Part shown: piece by piece, positions 51,027 to 61,275 of the stretch
Layout: each line of letters begins with the position of its first letter
How positions within the stretch are numbered: the stretch's first letter is position 1
Origin: Antedon mediterranea
Taxonomy: Eukaryota > Animalia > Echinodermata
Assembly: GCF_964355755.1 (NCBI RefSeq)
Contig: NC_092670.1
Coordinates: 13,192,795 to 13,256,794, forward strand
DNA: 64,000 nt
Direction: 5' to 3'
Notes under the pieces: generated by a model
The model's database searches: none
The model's input: only the letters and a program-made list of their open reading frames with translations
What the model was told of the DNA's origin: nothing
Translations under genes and position numbers: made by a program

Positions 51027-51194
51027 TTATCAGGTAGGCCTAATAAATAATAATTCGTCTTCTTCGAACCGAATCACCAGGTGTTCAGCACGCCGTGCAT
51101 ACCAGGTTGTCACATCTATAGAGGGCGAATAACAAATGAGGGTGCTATGTAGGCATAGTTTAAATAGTTTAATTGATTAATTTCTTCAAGCAAG

Positions 51195-51262
51195 TTACGT
51201 GGCGTAGTGGGTAAAATGTTGTTTCATGATGTGGACTAATCTTCGAGTTCAAGTCTCAGTAG
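51195..51262 (+). repeat. Degenerate tRNA-derived SINE-like head
   Basis: A-box-like TGGCGTAGTGG and B-box-like GAGTTCAAGTC at tRNA-like spacing. No convincing cloverleaf. Confidence 0.35.
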
Positions 51263-51657
51263 ATGACTTTTGTTTTTTATCGGCAAGCACGAGTGTTGCC
51301 ACACGAACATTACCCAGTCAATATCATCGCGCATACTCGAGAATTTACTGGATTTTATATGTTTAATGACAGGGACATGATAATCATGCGAAAATTACTC
51401 AGTAAATATCATCATACTCGAGGAAATATAAGATTTACGATCCTCGCAGCAGTAGTCATGATGCAGTTTCAACCAATCACGTTCACATATTTACATAGGC
51501 TGTTTATATATATTTTATGGAATAATAATCTTTCTGGTGAAAGTTTTATTAATACGTACGAATTACAAAAATATATTTATTGTATGGTATAAACTTTATT
51601 AATATGTAATTTTTTTTGTTTGTAAGTGGATTGTGATGGATCACTTAAATTTAACAG

Positions 51658-53089
51658 TGAAAAAGTTAATTGTAGCAAGAGGATCAGATGTAACAGCCTC
51701 ATTTAAAATGGACCTGAAATGGATTTTTCATTTTAGAATGATGTTTTGGGGGCTATTAGGTGTTGTTAATGTATATTGTTACAAAATATAAATTGGCCCT
51801 TTTGGGGAAAGCCCCATTTGAAAATCAAAAAAATTCGCGGGTGACGTCACTTTGCGAATATATTCCTATCCCTCCAATGGACAATTTGCAGTTTTTTTGG
51901 CTATAACTCTTGAAATCTATGGAGTATTTTCTAAAAAATGCTTGTGCATTTGCAGAAACGTATTTAGAATTTTTTTAGATAAAATTATTACCGTATAAAC
52001 GGTTATTCATCGAGTAAATGACGATTTAAAATCTTAAAATCAACGGTTTTTTTCTGGCAATACCGAAGTTGGCCTGGCAACGTTGTCCGGGATACAGCTC
52101 CGTGCGCAATGATGCGTATCCATATTTTCCGTTTGTGTATTTTGTATATCGTTCGTAATTTATACTGCTAAAATGTGTTAGTTTCTTAAGTTTTTAGTTT
52201 AGCAGAATTAAATTAGTAATATAAAATGAGATAATTTATTTGTCACGAATCAGACAGTTTGAAAACGAATTTTTTTCATATTTTACTTTGGCTTGACAAT
52301 GAGCGCAGCAAGTTGTTGATATCGCTTTGGTCCTTGGATGAACATAAAACGTAGCCTCGCCGCATGATGTGGGTGGTGGATCGACTCCGCGCGCTGGATT
52401 GGGGGCCTAGTAAAGGTTTGGGAGGTAGGCCTTCTAAATTCGGGTTTTATAACAAACGAAGTACATTTTAGGGACCTATATTTCAACAACATTAGATATT
52501 GAATAAATTAGTATTAGTGTCAACGCTTCGCGTATCTTTCCAGGCCGTCGATCATTCACTGACTATCGGGCGGCATACACGCTCTCGATATCATCGTGTG
52601 TATATGTGACGTCGTGAATATAGAGGCTTCCGACGGCCGTTGAAATAGAATATTGCAATGGCGTGAGGAATTTTCGCTAATTTACCATGGTATCTTAAAA
52701 TTTCGTTTTTACTCAAAATACTATACATTTTGTTTTTATTTGTATGGGTTTGTGTTAATTTGGTACATTTAAATAACATGTGTGAATTTCTTGAAAATCG
52801 AAATTCCATTTCAGGTCCATTTCATTTAAAGCAACTTCCACACCAAAGTTTCTGAATTCTGGAAAAATCAAAATTAAATCGAAAATTAAGCGGCAAGATG
52901 GAAAACAAATGTGTCTACCAAATACCATTTCTAAATTAAAAAATATTACTGAAGGTACCATCACATTCACATCGGTGACTGATGAAGATTAAGGGCAATT
53001 TGCATATTTCCTATTGTTGCAACAAGTACTTGATGCTAAACCAATAACACGATATATATTTGTTGGTAACATAAGTCTTCAGCTCACAA
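51658..53089 (+). pseudogene. Disrupted exon encoding a cysteine-less Ig-like domain
   Basis: After removing the 51707-52821 MITE and one TSD the frame reads KKLIVARGSDVTASFKATSTPKFLNSG...GTITFTSVTDED*GQFAYFLLLQQVLDAKPITRYIFVGNISLQLT. TAA at 52990-52992. Phase-1 GTAAGT donor at 53090. Alternative phase-0 acceptor at 51627. Confidence 0.75.
51707..52821. mobile_element. MITE (Kolobok-like ends) inserted into an exon
   Basis: TIR AATGGACCTGAAATGGA / TCCATTTCAGGTCCATT. TCATTTAA duplicated at 51699-51706 and 52822-52829. Confidence 0.85.
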
Positions 53090-53460
53090 GTAAGTGTGGA
53101 GAATAGTCTGGTAGTTGAACCAAAAATATAGGCCCTCCCCGGATAAAAAGGGTACAAAAGAAATTTTTACATCATTGGAAGCGGAATTTTATGGAGAATA
53201 ACATCCAAAATCGACAAAAATCCATCATGGGGAAAATTTTTTATTTTTTGATAAAAATGGCCTACTGTAAATGAATATGATTGTATATCTTGGCAACCAC
53301 TAACTGTAGAGGCTTCTATTTGGTCTTAAATTGTTTACAACATACATATTTCTATTTGCTCTAATGAAAGTGTTTGAGAATTGGAGGAACAAACTTCTAA
53401 AATGTATAATTTCTGAGGCCTATTACTGATTGTGATTTTTTTTACATAATTCATTTTTAG

Positions 53461-53500
53461 ATGTAATTCATAGAAATACAAGTGGTGGAAGCATGTTCAG
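53461..53500 (+). CDS. Exon (phase 1-2) of unidentified protein
   Basis: TTTTTAG and GTAAGG. VIHRNTSGGSMFR. Phases match both neighbours. Confidence 0.7.
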
Positions 53501-54346
53501 GTAAGGTAATTGTTTCCTACGTCCAGCCATTAAAAAATGTGGAACAATGTGTAATTTTAGGCATGGTATATGTTCAAAAGAAAAGGACTTGCATTTGCCG
53601 CCATTACTTCCAATAGCTGCATACACCATTAAGCTGACTCCTCTATGAGTGTTCAAATTGAACACAAAACAACACCTAGAGTAATCATTGTTAGATATAG
53701 TAGTTTAGAAGGTTTTAATGATTTTCCTTACAGCTTTATAAGTTTTCTGGAACAATATAATAATTTATAATTCTATAGAATTACATATTTTTATATTATC
53801 CTCAAACTCGTAAAACTTACGGTTGTAAGAAAATTAACTTTATTTATTTATTCTTTATTTCAAGCCAACAGTGTAAAACACCAATAACAGGTTGAAAATA
53901 AAATAACTAAACTATAAAATATAAGCCAATATAAATATATGCAAAAATGTGAAGATTATTTAAATAATTTCATTAATAATACATTTAAATTGAGAGAAAT
54001 TACAGTTAAAGATATCTGAAGAATTATTTTTTTTGACAAGAATTGTACAATTACGAGAGTCTACAGAAAATACTTTCTGTAGACCGATTATGCTGAAATA
54101 ATGGTTCAGAAACATATTTCCTTTGTCAATTAATCCTCGATATATTTATTTCAACTGAGCAATCAGAGCACATAACATTTTATTCATGGGTATGTTCCAT
54201 TCCATGGGTTTCAAAGAGATTTTTTATTATTGACAGCACTGCTTTAGCATAGGCTAATGGGTCACATTGATTTTTTATTCTTATTTTATTTGTCCATGTT
54301 ACTACTGTAATATTGTACAGTATGGTATTTTTTACACATTTTCCAG

Positions 54347-54487
54347 AGCTGGTGGTTTAGTTTTTGGTATTAACGAAGCCTTTTTACTTTTGAATGACAA
54401 TAAGAAGTGCATAATATGTAGAGGAATGTTGACGCCTGAGTCATGTATTACATGGAATGAAGAAGCTGACGTGGTAATTGAAACAGA
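54347..54487 (+). CDS. Exon (phase 2-2) of unidentified protein
   Basis: TTTTCCAG and GTAAGA. AGGLVFGINEAFLLLNDNKKCIICRGMLTPESCITWNEEADVVIETE. Confidence 0.8.
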
Positions 54488-54743
54488 GTAAGAATCTTTA
54501 TTATTATAACAGTGTCATAGAGAATGTGTTGAACTTAACATGCTTAAACTTTTCATTTTCATCATTAAGTATTATTTCATTTTCTTTCTTTATTATTATC
54601 TACTGAACAACAAATTTGAATTACTTTAAATTAAATGAAGTGAGTGCAGAATAATAGTATTTAATAATTGCCAATAAAAATGGTGATTTAAAGTGGATTG
54701 TGATTTTAAAATGTTTAATTTACTAATGTCTTTTTGTTTTCAG

Positions 54744-54943
54744 AAAGGAACAATTACTGAGCTATGCTGTGATACCTGGTATACATTCTTCCTACATTCT
54801 TATTGGAGTTATTAATGTAGCTAAACAAAAGTCGAGGATTAAAAGGAAATTGGTTACAGTTTTTCCTAATAGAAGGTTCAGAAATTTAAATAGCATGCTC
54901 AAAACATTGGAGTTAAAAGGTCCCATTGTAGACTTAAAACTTG
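54744..54943 (+). CDS. Exon (phase 2-1) of unidentified protein
   Basis: TTTTCAG and GTAAGT. KEQLLSYAVIPGIHSSYILIGVINV...GPIVDLKL, open over 200 nt. Confidence 0.85.
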
Positions 54944-55464
54944 GTAAGTTCAAATTTAGGTACTGAATTTTAAAGCAGTTAAGGATTATGGTATTAAAAA
55001 CAAAAAAAAACAATAATTGTTTTAATGTATAGTATTATAATACAATATAAAGGCGCATGACTAAATTATTATATTTCATTTGGATAGAAAGTATAGGTAC
55101 ATATTTTGAAAGATTAATATCAACTAACAAATGTGTTCATTATATCATTCAAGATAATCAGAGCGGTAGAAGATTGTCATCCGGGCAGCTTGTTGTTTGT
55201 GGTTGGGTCAAACGTAAAGGTAAAAATCTACATAAGTATATAGTTCTATATATTTTTAATTTTTATAAAATAGAACAGTTTTATCTCAAATTTTTTGTTA
55301 CATGTTAAGGCTCTATCAGTATCTTGTCCACAATAGAAATACATTGTACTGAGTGTATGTTTTATTGTTGGTAGTTGCATTTGCCAAAAAATGTGTGTCT
55401 GCCTATTTAATTCATTTAATTATTAATATCTTAATTAGTATCTAACTTTTTAAATGTTTTTCAG

Positions 55465-55548
55465 ATGCTACAGAAAATGTTAGTATGATGCAAAGATTAA
55501 GGGTGAAGTATCAACATGATGAAGTAGATATTGAAAATCAGCCTTGCC
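55465..55548 (+). CDS. Exon (phase 1-1) of unidentified protein
   Basis: TTTTTCAG and GTAAGT. DATENVSMMQRLRVKYQHDEVDIENQPC. Confidence 0.85.
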
Positions 55549-55858
55549 GTAAGTACTACATCACATAAGCTTTAAAATGGAGGGTGAGATGTTTAAAGAC
55601 CTGGAAGAATGTGGATGATATTTTATTTAATTTTAATTTCAAACAAAAATCCATAGTCTTTCAATTTGTTTTATATTTATTTTATTCAATGCACAGAGAT
55701 AAAAGGCTGAGATAAAACAAAACAAATAATACAAAAATAGAAACATTTTTACAATTTTAGATAAAAAATGGATTTTTAGAAAAATACTTTAGAATGTATT
55801 CTCTATATTAATCTCACATTCTGTGTTTAAAGTAACATGTTTTTTTATTTCTGTACAG

Positions 55859-55953
55859 GTTATGAGCCGTTTATATTGAAGACGGACAATGAACAGGATT
55901 GGAATGTTGAGTATTTTAAGGTGGACAACGCTGAAGATAATATGAGAATCCAG
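55859..55953 (+). CDS. Exon (phase 1-0) of unidentified protein
   Basis: TACAG and GTTGGT. RYEPFILKTDNEQDWNVEYFKVDNAEDNMRIQ. Confidence 0.8.
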
Positions 55954-56459
55954 GTTGGTTGGTTTACTTACAGTAATCTAAAAGACGCTTGAGTTTCCAA
56001 ATTGCTATTTATTAAAGTTGAACTTTATGAGCGAACACCTCCCATAACAAACACTCATACTCATCCAAAGCCAATTTGTATTTTCTCTGTTAAGTGGAGC
56101 ATTGATCAAATGTTTTACCATAATCCGACATAATTTTACTGTATACTCGTGGTATATTGAAAACTCTTGTGAAGTAAGTATTTCATAAATAACTTATTTT
56201 ATAGCAGTTAATCATCTATTGGTACAGTACCCACTGTGCCATTGGGCTAAAATCTAAGCCTAGCCATCAGTACTAGCTCATTGGTCTAATGGTGTATACA
56301 GTATGCCCTATGAACAAATGTTTCGAGTATACAGTACAATTACATCAAAGTTAGGCAAACATCTGACCAATTAGCATAGTTTCCTGATGCAAGCTAGTTT
56401 GTTAAACTGGTCTAAACACACACACAAACACACATTTAAAAAAAATTCTTCTTTTTCAG

Positions 56460-56573
56460 TTAAACGAAACAGACCATGGTAACGTACATGCAGTTATTTC
56501 ATCACTAACATCCAGTAAGATCTTGTATGAAGGAGTCAGCAGAGATAATTGCACAATGTTTGAAGAAAAAGAG
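56460..56573 (+). CDS. Exon (phase 0-0) of unidentified protein
   Basis: CTTTTTCAG and GTAAGT. LNETDHGNVHAVISSLTSSKILYEGVSRDNCTMFEEKE. Confidence 0.85.
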
Positions 56574-56702
56574 GTAAGTGGTTTTATTCAGATGAAGAGT
56601 TCAATTTGGAATGGATACGGAATCCATAGAATCACACCATTAACATGTATGATGTCAATGTGAATAAACATTGGCACTATTTTATCCATTATCAAATTCT
56701 TA

Positions 56703-57629
56703 CGCCCGTATTCTTAAACCGGACTTTAGTCGTAGTTCGAAGTTCGACTTGGAAAAGTCGTAGTTCGAGCTATTACTTCAAATTCGATTCAAAAACGAAG
56801 TAGTCGAAGTTTGCAGTTCGACTTAATGAAGTCGAGCTTTTAGTGGAGTTGCACACGTCTGGGTAACAAAGCCTATACATTGGCCAATGACAAGAGAGTA
56901 TTTGAGGAGCAGACCTAATTTTGCCCATTGATATCACTTTCCATTTCTTACAACACTTTTTACGCATCAGGACTATATACATGAAAAATAATTTTAATCG
57001 TTAATTATTAGAACAATATCAGTATTAATTTAACAGTGAAGTATATTTGATTAACAACAAATAAAATCTTAAAAATATATTTAGGAACCATGGCGGTACG
57101 GTAACTTTTATATTTTCTAGGCCTCCAACAAAGTATGATCGCCACGAACCATGCACTTCATAGCGTGACAAGAAAGCGCTAGGCCCCCTAAACATTCCAT
57201 CGCGTGGTGAATTGCCGCATCTCCCATTGTCGCTATGGCGTGACGTAGCTCAAGTCGGACTTGCGCGAAGAAAATAATGTAATTTGTATACAGTTGTAAA
57301 TAAAGATGATTTTCATTATTATAATTTATACCAATGTATATTTAATTAAGCTAATATAACTATAGATATTTCATTCTTCAATATCTGGCCAATATAACAA
57401 CTCAATGACTGTTACGTTTTTTATAAACATCGTTTAAAAACCATTTAGTCGACCATTTAGTCTGCCCCCTCCAGGACTAAAAAAATCGATCAAAATCCGT
57501 CTCGATTTAGTCGAGGTTGGCCTGATTTAGTCGGTGATTTAGTTGAAGTTCGGTTTATGAATTAAAATGACGTCATTTTTTTAGTTTTAGCTCGAACTAC
57601 GACTAAAGTCCGGTTTAAGAATACGGGCG
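56703..57629. mobile_element. PIF/Harbinger-type MITE (intronic)
   Basis: Perfect TIR of about 38 bp, CGCCCGTATTCTTAAACCGGACTTTAGTCGTAGTTCGA. TTA TSD at 56700-56702 and 57630-57632. Confidence 0.9.
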
Positions 57630-58764
57630 TTAGTATAATAAACAAAAAATATATAAATATGGGTGTCATTATGAAAGCAGTTTTAAAGACCCATTCCCTA
57701 CAATTGTTGATGTTTTGTAAAAATAATGCATATATATATTACTTTAAAAACATTAAACCAGGTCATTCCTTGTCTTTTTTATGGTAAATTATGATAAAAA
57801 GAGAGAAACAATGCATTACCTAAGTACCTCACGGTAAACTTCCTCTCGTGGATGGTCTTTAGGCCTAGCCTAGCTAGGCTTAGTTTTATAGGCCTAGGTG
57901 ACATAAACATCGGTAACGTACAAACACCGTACGCTAGCTATAGGTCTATCCTGACGTTGTATAGTTGCTGCATTAATTGTCTTTCTGTTTTTGCCAGAAT
58001 CCATTTATACAAATTGGGGGAAACCTGGTATTTTCGCTGAAAAGTTAGGAAGTTTCCATTACATTTTTTTTTCTGGGTGAATTACAGAAGAAAAACGAAA
58101 AACTATCAATCCGCGCTTAATGCATGTTGGAATTTATAGCGGACAGCTTAAATGAATCGACTTATATTTCACATTTTTCCCCATTTAAAGATGAAAAAAT
58201 TTGTCTCAATAGGACCATATAGTATTTATTTTTACATTAAATGTAGTTTGTTACCTTTAAATTAGCTCTAAAAAAACTTTGAATAAGAAAGGGTGCTAAA
58301 AAAAAAGAAAAATATAAATACAGCTATAGAATGTATTAGGCTGCAGTGGGTATGTCGGGGACTTAAAAGAGAAAGCGAAAAATGCATTGCGGAAATGCAT
58401 TTTCGCTTTGTAGTAGAGCCTAAAGTAATACATTTGTACATTATCAGAGGGTATATGTATGTATGTATGTATATGTATATTTTTTTTTAAATCGGCAGAA
58501 ATTGCATTTTAATGGCAGATCAGGATACTCTTGAGATTATTGGTTTCTATACAATTAGGCCTTCATTCAAATTCATATTTATATATTTTTATTTGTTATT
58601 GTTTTTATCTGTAATAGGATATACTGTATAGTAGTTCATTGTAATATGGTTATCAGGTTTATCATTTCTTTATGTTATAAGGCAAGTCTGCATTTTGGTT
58701 AACTGTCAATGGTGTAATAGTTTATTAAATCCAACAGTGTGTTAATTCATAGTTTCTTTCACAG

Positions 58765-60060
58765 AAATCAAGTATTCATATGCCTGTAGTAAGCTTTTGC
58801 CTTTCGTCTGATGGATTGTTTGTTGGTGCTCCATCCATAAATGAACCCAATTCCAAGCATATAACGGAAGATAATGACACAAAACTAGTCAAAGGCATGC
58901 TAAGGAATCCAATACAAAGGCTACTTCCAGATAAAATAAACAAAAAGGGGGACCAGAAAATTGAGATTGAGAGGATTAGAAAGCCAAAATACTCATCAAA
59001 TGGATATGAAATTGTTTCTACAATTGAAGAACCTGAAGATAATAGAGGAAGATTAGGAAAAAGACAAGGAGAAGGTAAAATAGGAAGAGGAAAAATAGGA
59101 GAAGAAAGACAAGGAGACGGTAAAATAGGAAGAGGAAAAATAGAAGAAAGACAAGAAAAAGGTAAAATAGGAAGAGGAAAAATAGAAGAAAGACAAGAAA
59201 AAGGTAAAATAGAAAGAGGTAAAATAGGAGAAGAAACACAAGGAAAAGGTGAAGACAGAAGTGAAAAAGGAGGAGGAAGACGAGAAGAAGATAACAAAGG
59301 AGGTGAAAGAGGAGGAAGACAAGAAGATAACAAAGGAAGTGAAGACGACAGAAGTGAAAGAGGAGGAAGACAAAAAGATAACAAAGGAGGTGAAGACAAC
59401 AGAAGTGAAAGAGGAGAAAGACAAGAAGATAACAAAGGAGGTGAAGACGACAGAAGTGAAAGAGGAGGAAGACAAGAAGATAACAAAGGAGGTGAAGACG
59501 ACAGAAGTGAAAGAGAAGGAAGACAAGAAGATAACAAAGGAGGTGAAGACGACAGAAGTGAAAGAGGAGGAAGACAAGAAAACAAAGGAGGTGAAGACGA
59601 CAGAAGTGAAAGAGGAGGAAGACAAGAAGATAACAAAGGAGGTGAAGACGACAGAAGTGAAAGAGGAGGAAGACAAGAAGATAACAAAGGAGGTGAAGAC
59701 GACAGAAGTGAAAGAGGAGGAAGACAAGGAGATGGTGAAATAGAAGGAGGTATAGAAGAAATTCAAGAAGAAAACAAACAAAGTGAGAAAATTGAAGGTT
59801 TGTTGCATTATGTTGAAGACACAGCTGACATTAATGCCATCTGTTTGAAACCAGTACATGCCAGTAGTGGAAAAGTGTATACATCGATCAATATACTAAA
59901 AAACAGGAATAAAGTAAAGTGTGAACAGATTGTACCATTTATAAATAATGGCAAAGCATATTGTATGATGATATACTCAACAGATTTTCTGGAAGGTGAA
60001 GAAAGTGGTTATTCTATCAGATACCACATTTTTCCAGAAGATTTGTTGAAAGAACTGTAA
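58765..60060 (+). CDS. Terminal exon of unidentified protein, containing charged tandem repeats
   Basis: TTTCACAG acceptor, phase 0. 431 codons open to TAA at 60058-60060. AATAAA at 60084 and 60200. Confidence 0.85.
   Translation, partial: KSSIHMPVVSFCLSSDGLFVGAPSINEPNSKHITEDNDTKLVKGMLRNPIQRLLPDKINKKGDQKIEIERIRKPKYSSNGYEIVSTIEEPEDNRGRLGKRQGEGKIGRGKIGEERQGDGKIGRGKIEERQEKGKIGRGKIEERQEKGKIERGKIGEETQGKGEDRSEKGGGRREEDNKGGERGGRQEDNKGSEDDRSERGGRQKDNKGGEDNRSERGERQEDNKGGEDDRSERGGRQEDNKGGEDDRSEREGRQEDNKGGEDDRSERGGRQENKGGEDDRSERGGRQEDNKGGEDDRSERGGRQEDNKGGEDDRSERGGRQGDGEIEGGIEEIQEENKQSEKIEGLLHYVEDTADINAICLKPVHASSGKVYTSINILKNRNKVKCEQIVPFINNGKAYCMMIYSTDFLEGEESGYSIRYHIFPEDLLKEL
59040..59750 (+). repeat. 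Coding minisatellite: 42-nt units (GKIGRGKIEERQEK) then 51-nt units (EDNKGGEDDRSERGGRQ)
   Basis: Visible in both DNA and translation. About 4 units of 14 aa and about 9 units of 17 aa. All length variants are multiples of 3. Confidence 0.95.
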
Positions 60061-60639
60061 AGCCAAAATTTGTCTCGACCATAAATAAACGTTTTGAGTA
60101 CATAGGGGACATGAGGAATAATTACTTTACACCAAAAATTGAATAACTAAATTTTCATGCCTTTTTTTTACTGACCTCATTACCTTAATGGTTATTATCA
60201 ATAAATTGTATTACATTTAGATCCTTAAATTTCATTCTATTTATTACTAAGAGTAGGACGTATTTTTACATAGTAGACCAATTGATTTAAAGAATTTAAT
60301 AATTAAATGTTTGTATGAATTTGAAGTATCTAGGTACTGTTTGATGGAGAAATTAAGTTGAAAAGTAGCTATCAATAGCGACATTTTGTTTTTATTTCCA
60401 TCAAAGTGTAATACAATCAGTGCAATAATAAACGAATAACACCATTGAATCAAATATAAATTTACTGAATACATTATGTTTTATATTCTGTTTTCCGAAA
60501 TACATTCCTGTGCCATTCTGTAATGACAGATGATGGTGACCATATTTCCTTATTTGATCAATAAAAGTTTATAATTTTGGTCTCACAATAATTAACTCAT
60601 ACTTAGAATATGATGGGGCACATGAAATTTGAAATTTTA

Positions 60640-61275
60640 ATATATTTATACGTATATACTGTATAGAAGAAAGTAATTATTTAATTGGACCTATACAGGG
60701 TGTGTAAAGTTTGTAGTTTTATATACATATTTATATCCAAGTTCGAGTCTTCTCAGTCTCCCAGATTTCCTCATCTTTATCGTTAATTAATTAATTAAAT
60801 TTCAGTATATCATCGGGCGGTTTAGAATTAATGTTCTTTGCCTCTTGTGCTCATATTTATATTTAGTATATATATTAAAGAAGAAAGTAATTATTAATAT
60901 ACATTAATATTGTTGATTTGGATTATAGAGTATGAAGTTTGATAGGTTTATATTTAAATAAAAAGGAAAGCATATCAAATTTGAAGTTTTATATATATAT
61001 ATACGTGTATATATATATATTAAAGAAGAAAGTAATTATGTAACAAGACCTATACAGGGTATGAACAGTTTGTAGTTTTATATATTTATATTTAGTATAT
61101 ATATTAAAGAAGAAAGTAATTGTTTTTAACAAAATGATTGTATGAAAAAAATGACACATACCATGTATGTAAAGTTTGAAGTTTTATATATTTATATTAA
61201 AGAAGAAAGTAATTATGTAATAAAATCGATTTTGATCAATAATAAATAAATAAAAAGGAAAGCAATTATTTAACG
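60640..61275. repeat. Degenerate AT-rich tandem repeat
   Basis: TATATTAAAGAAGAAAGTAATTA and AAGTTTG(T/A)AGTTTTATATA recur at about 60665, 60870, 61015, 61100 and 61195. Confidence 0.7.

Noticed and set aside
59040-59750. Regularly spaced repeats as a CRISPR array
   Set aside because: The units are head-to-tail with no unique spacers, lie within an exon, and the context is eukaryotic with no cas genes.
58776-59859. Four extra long ORFs overlapping the terminal exon (303, 268, 164 and 73 aa)
   Set aside because: The purine-rich, T-poor repeat lacks stops in most frames. Only the 58765-60060 frame connects to a splice acceptor and to unique flanking sequence.
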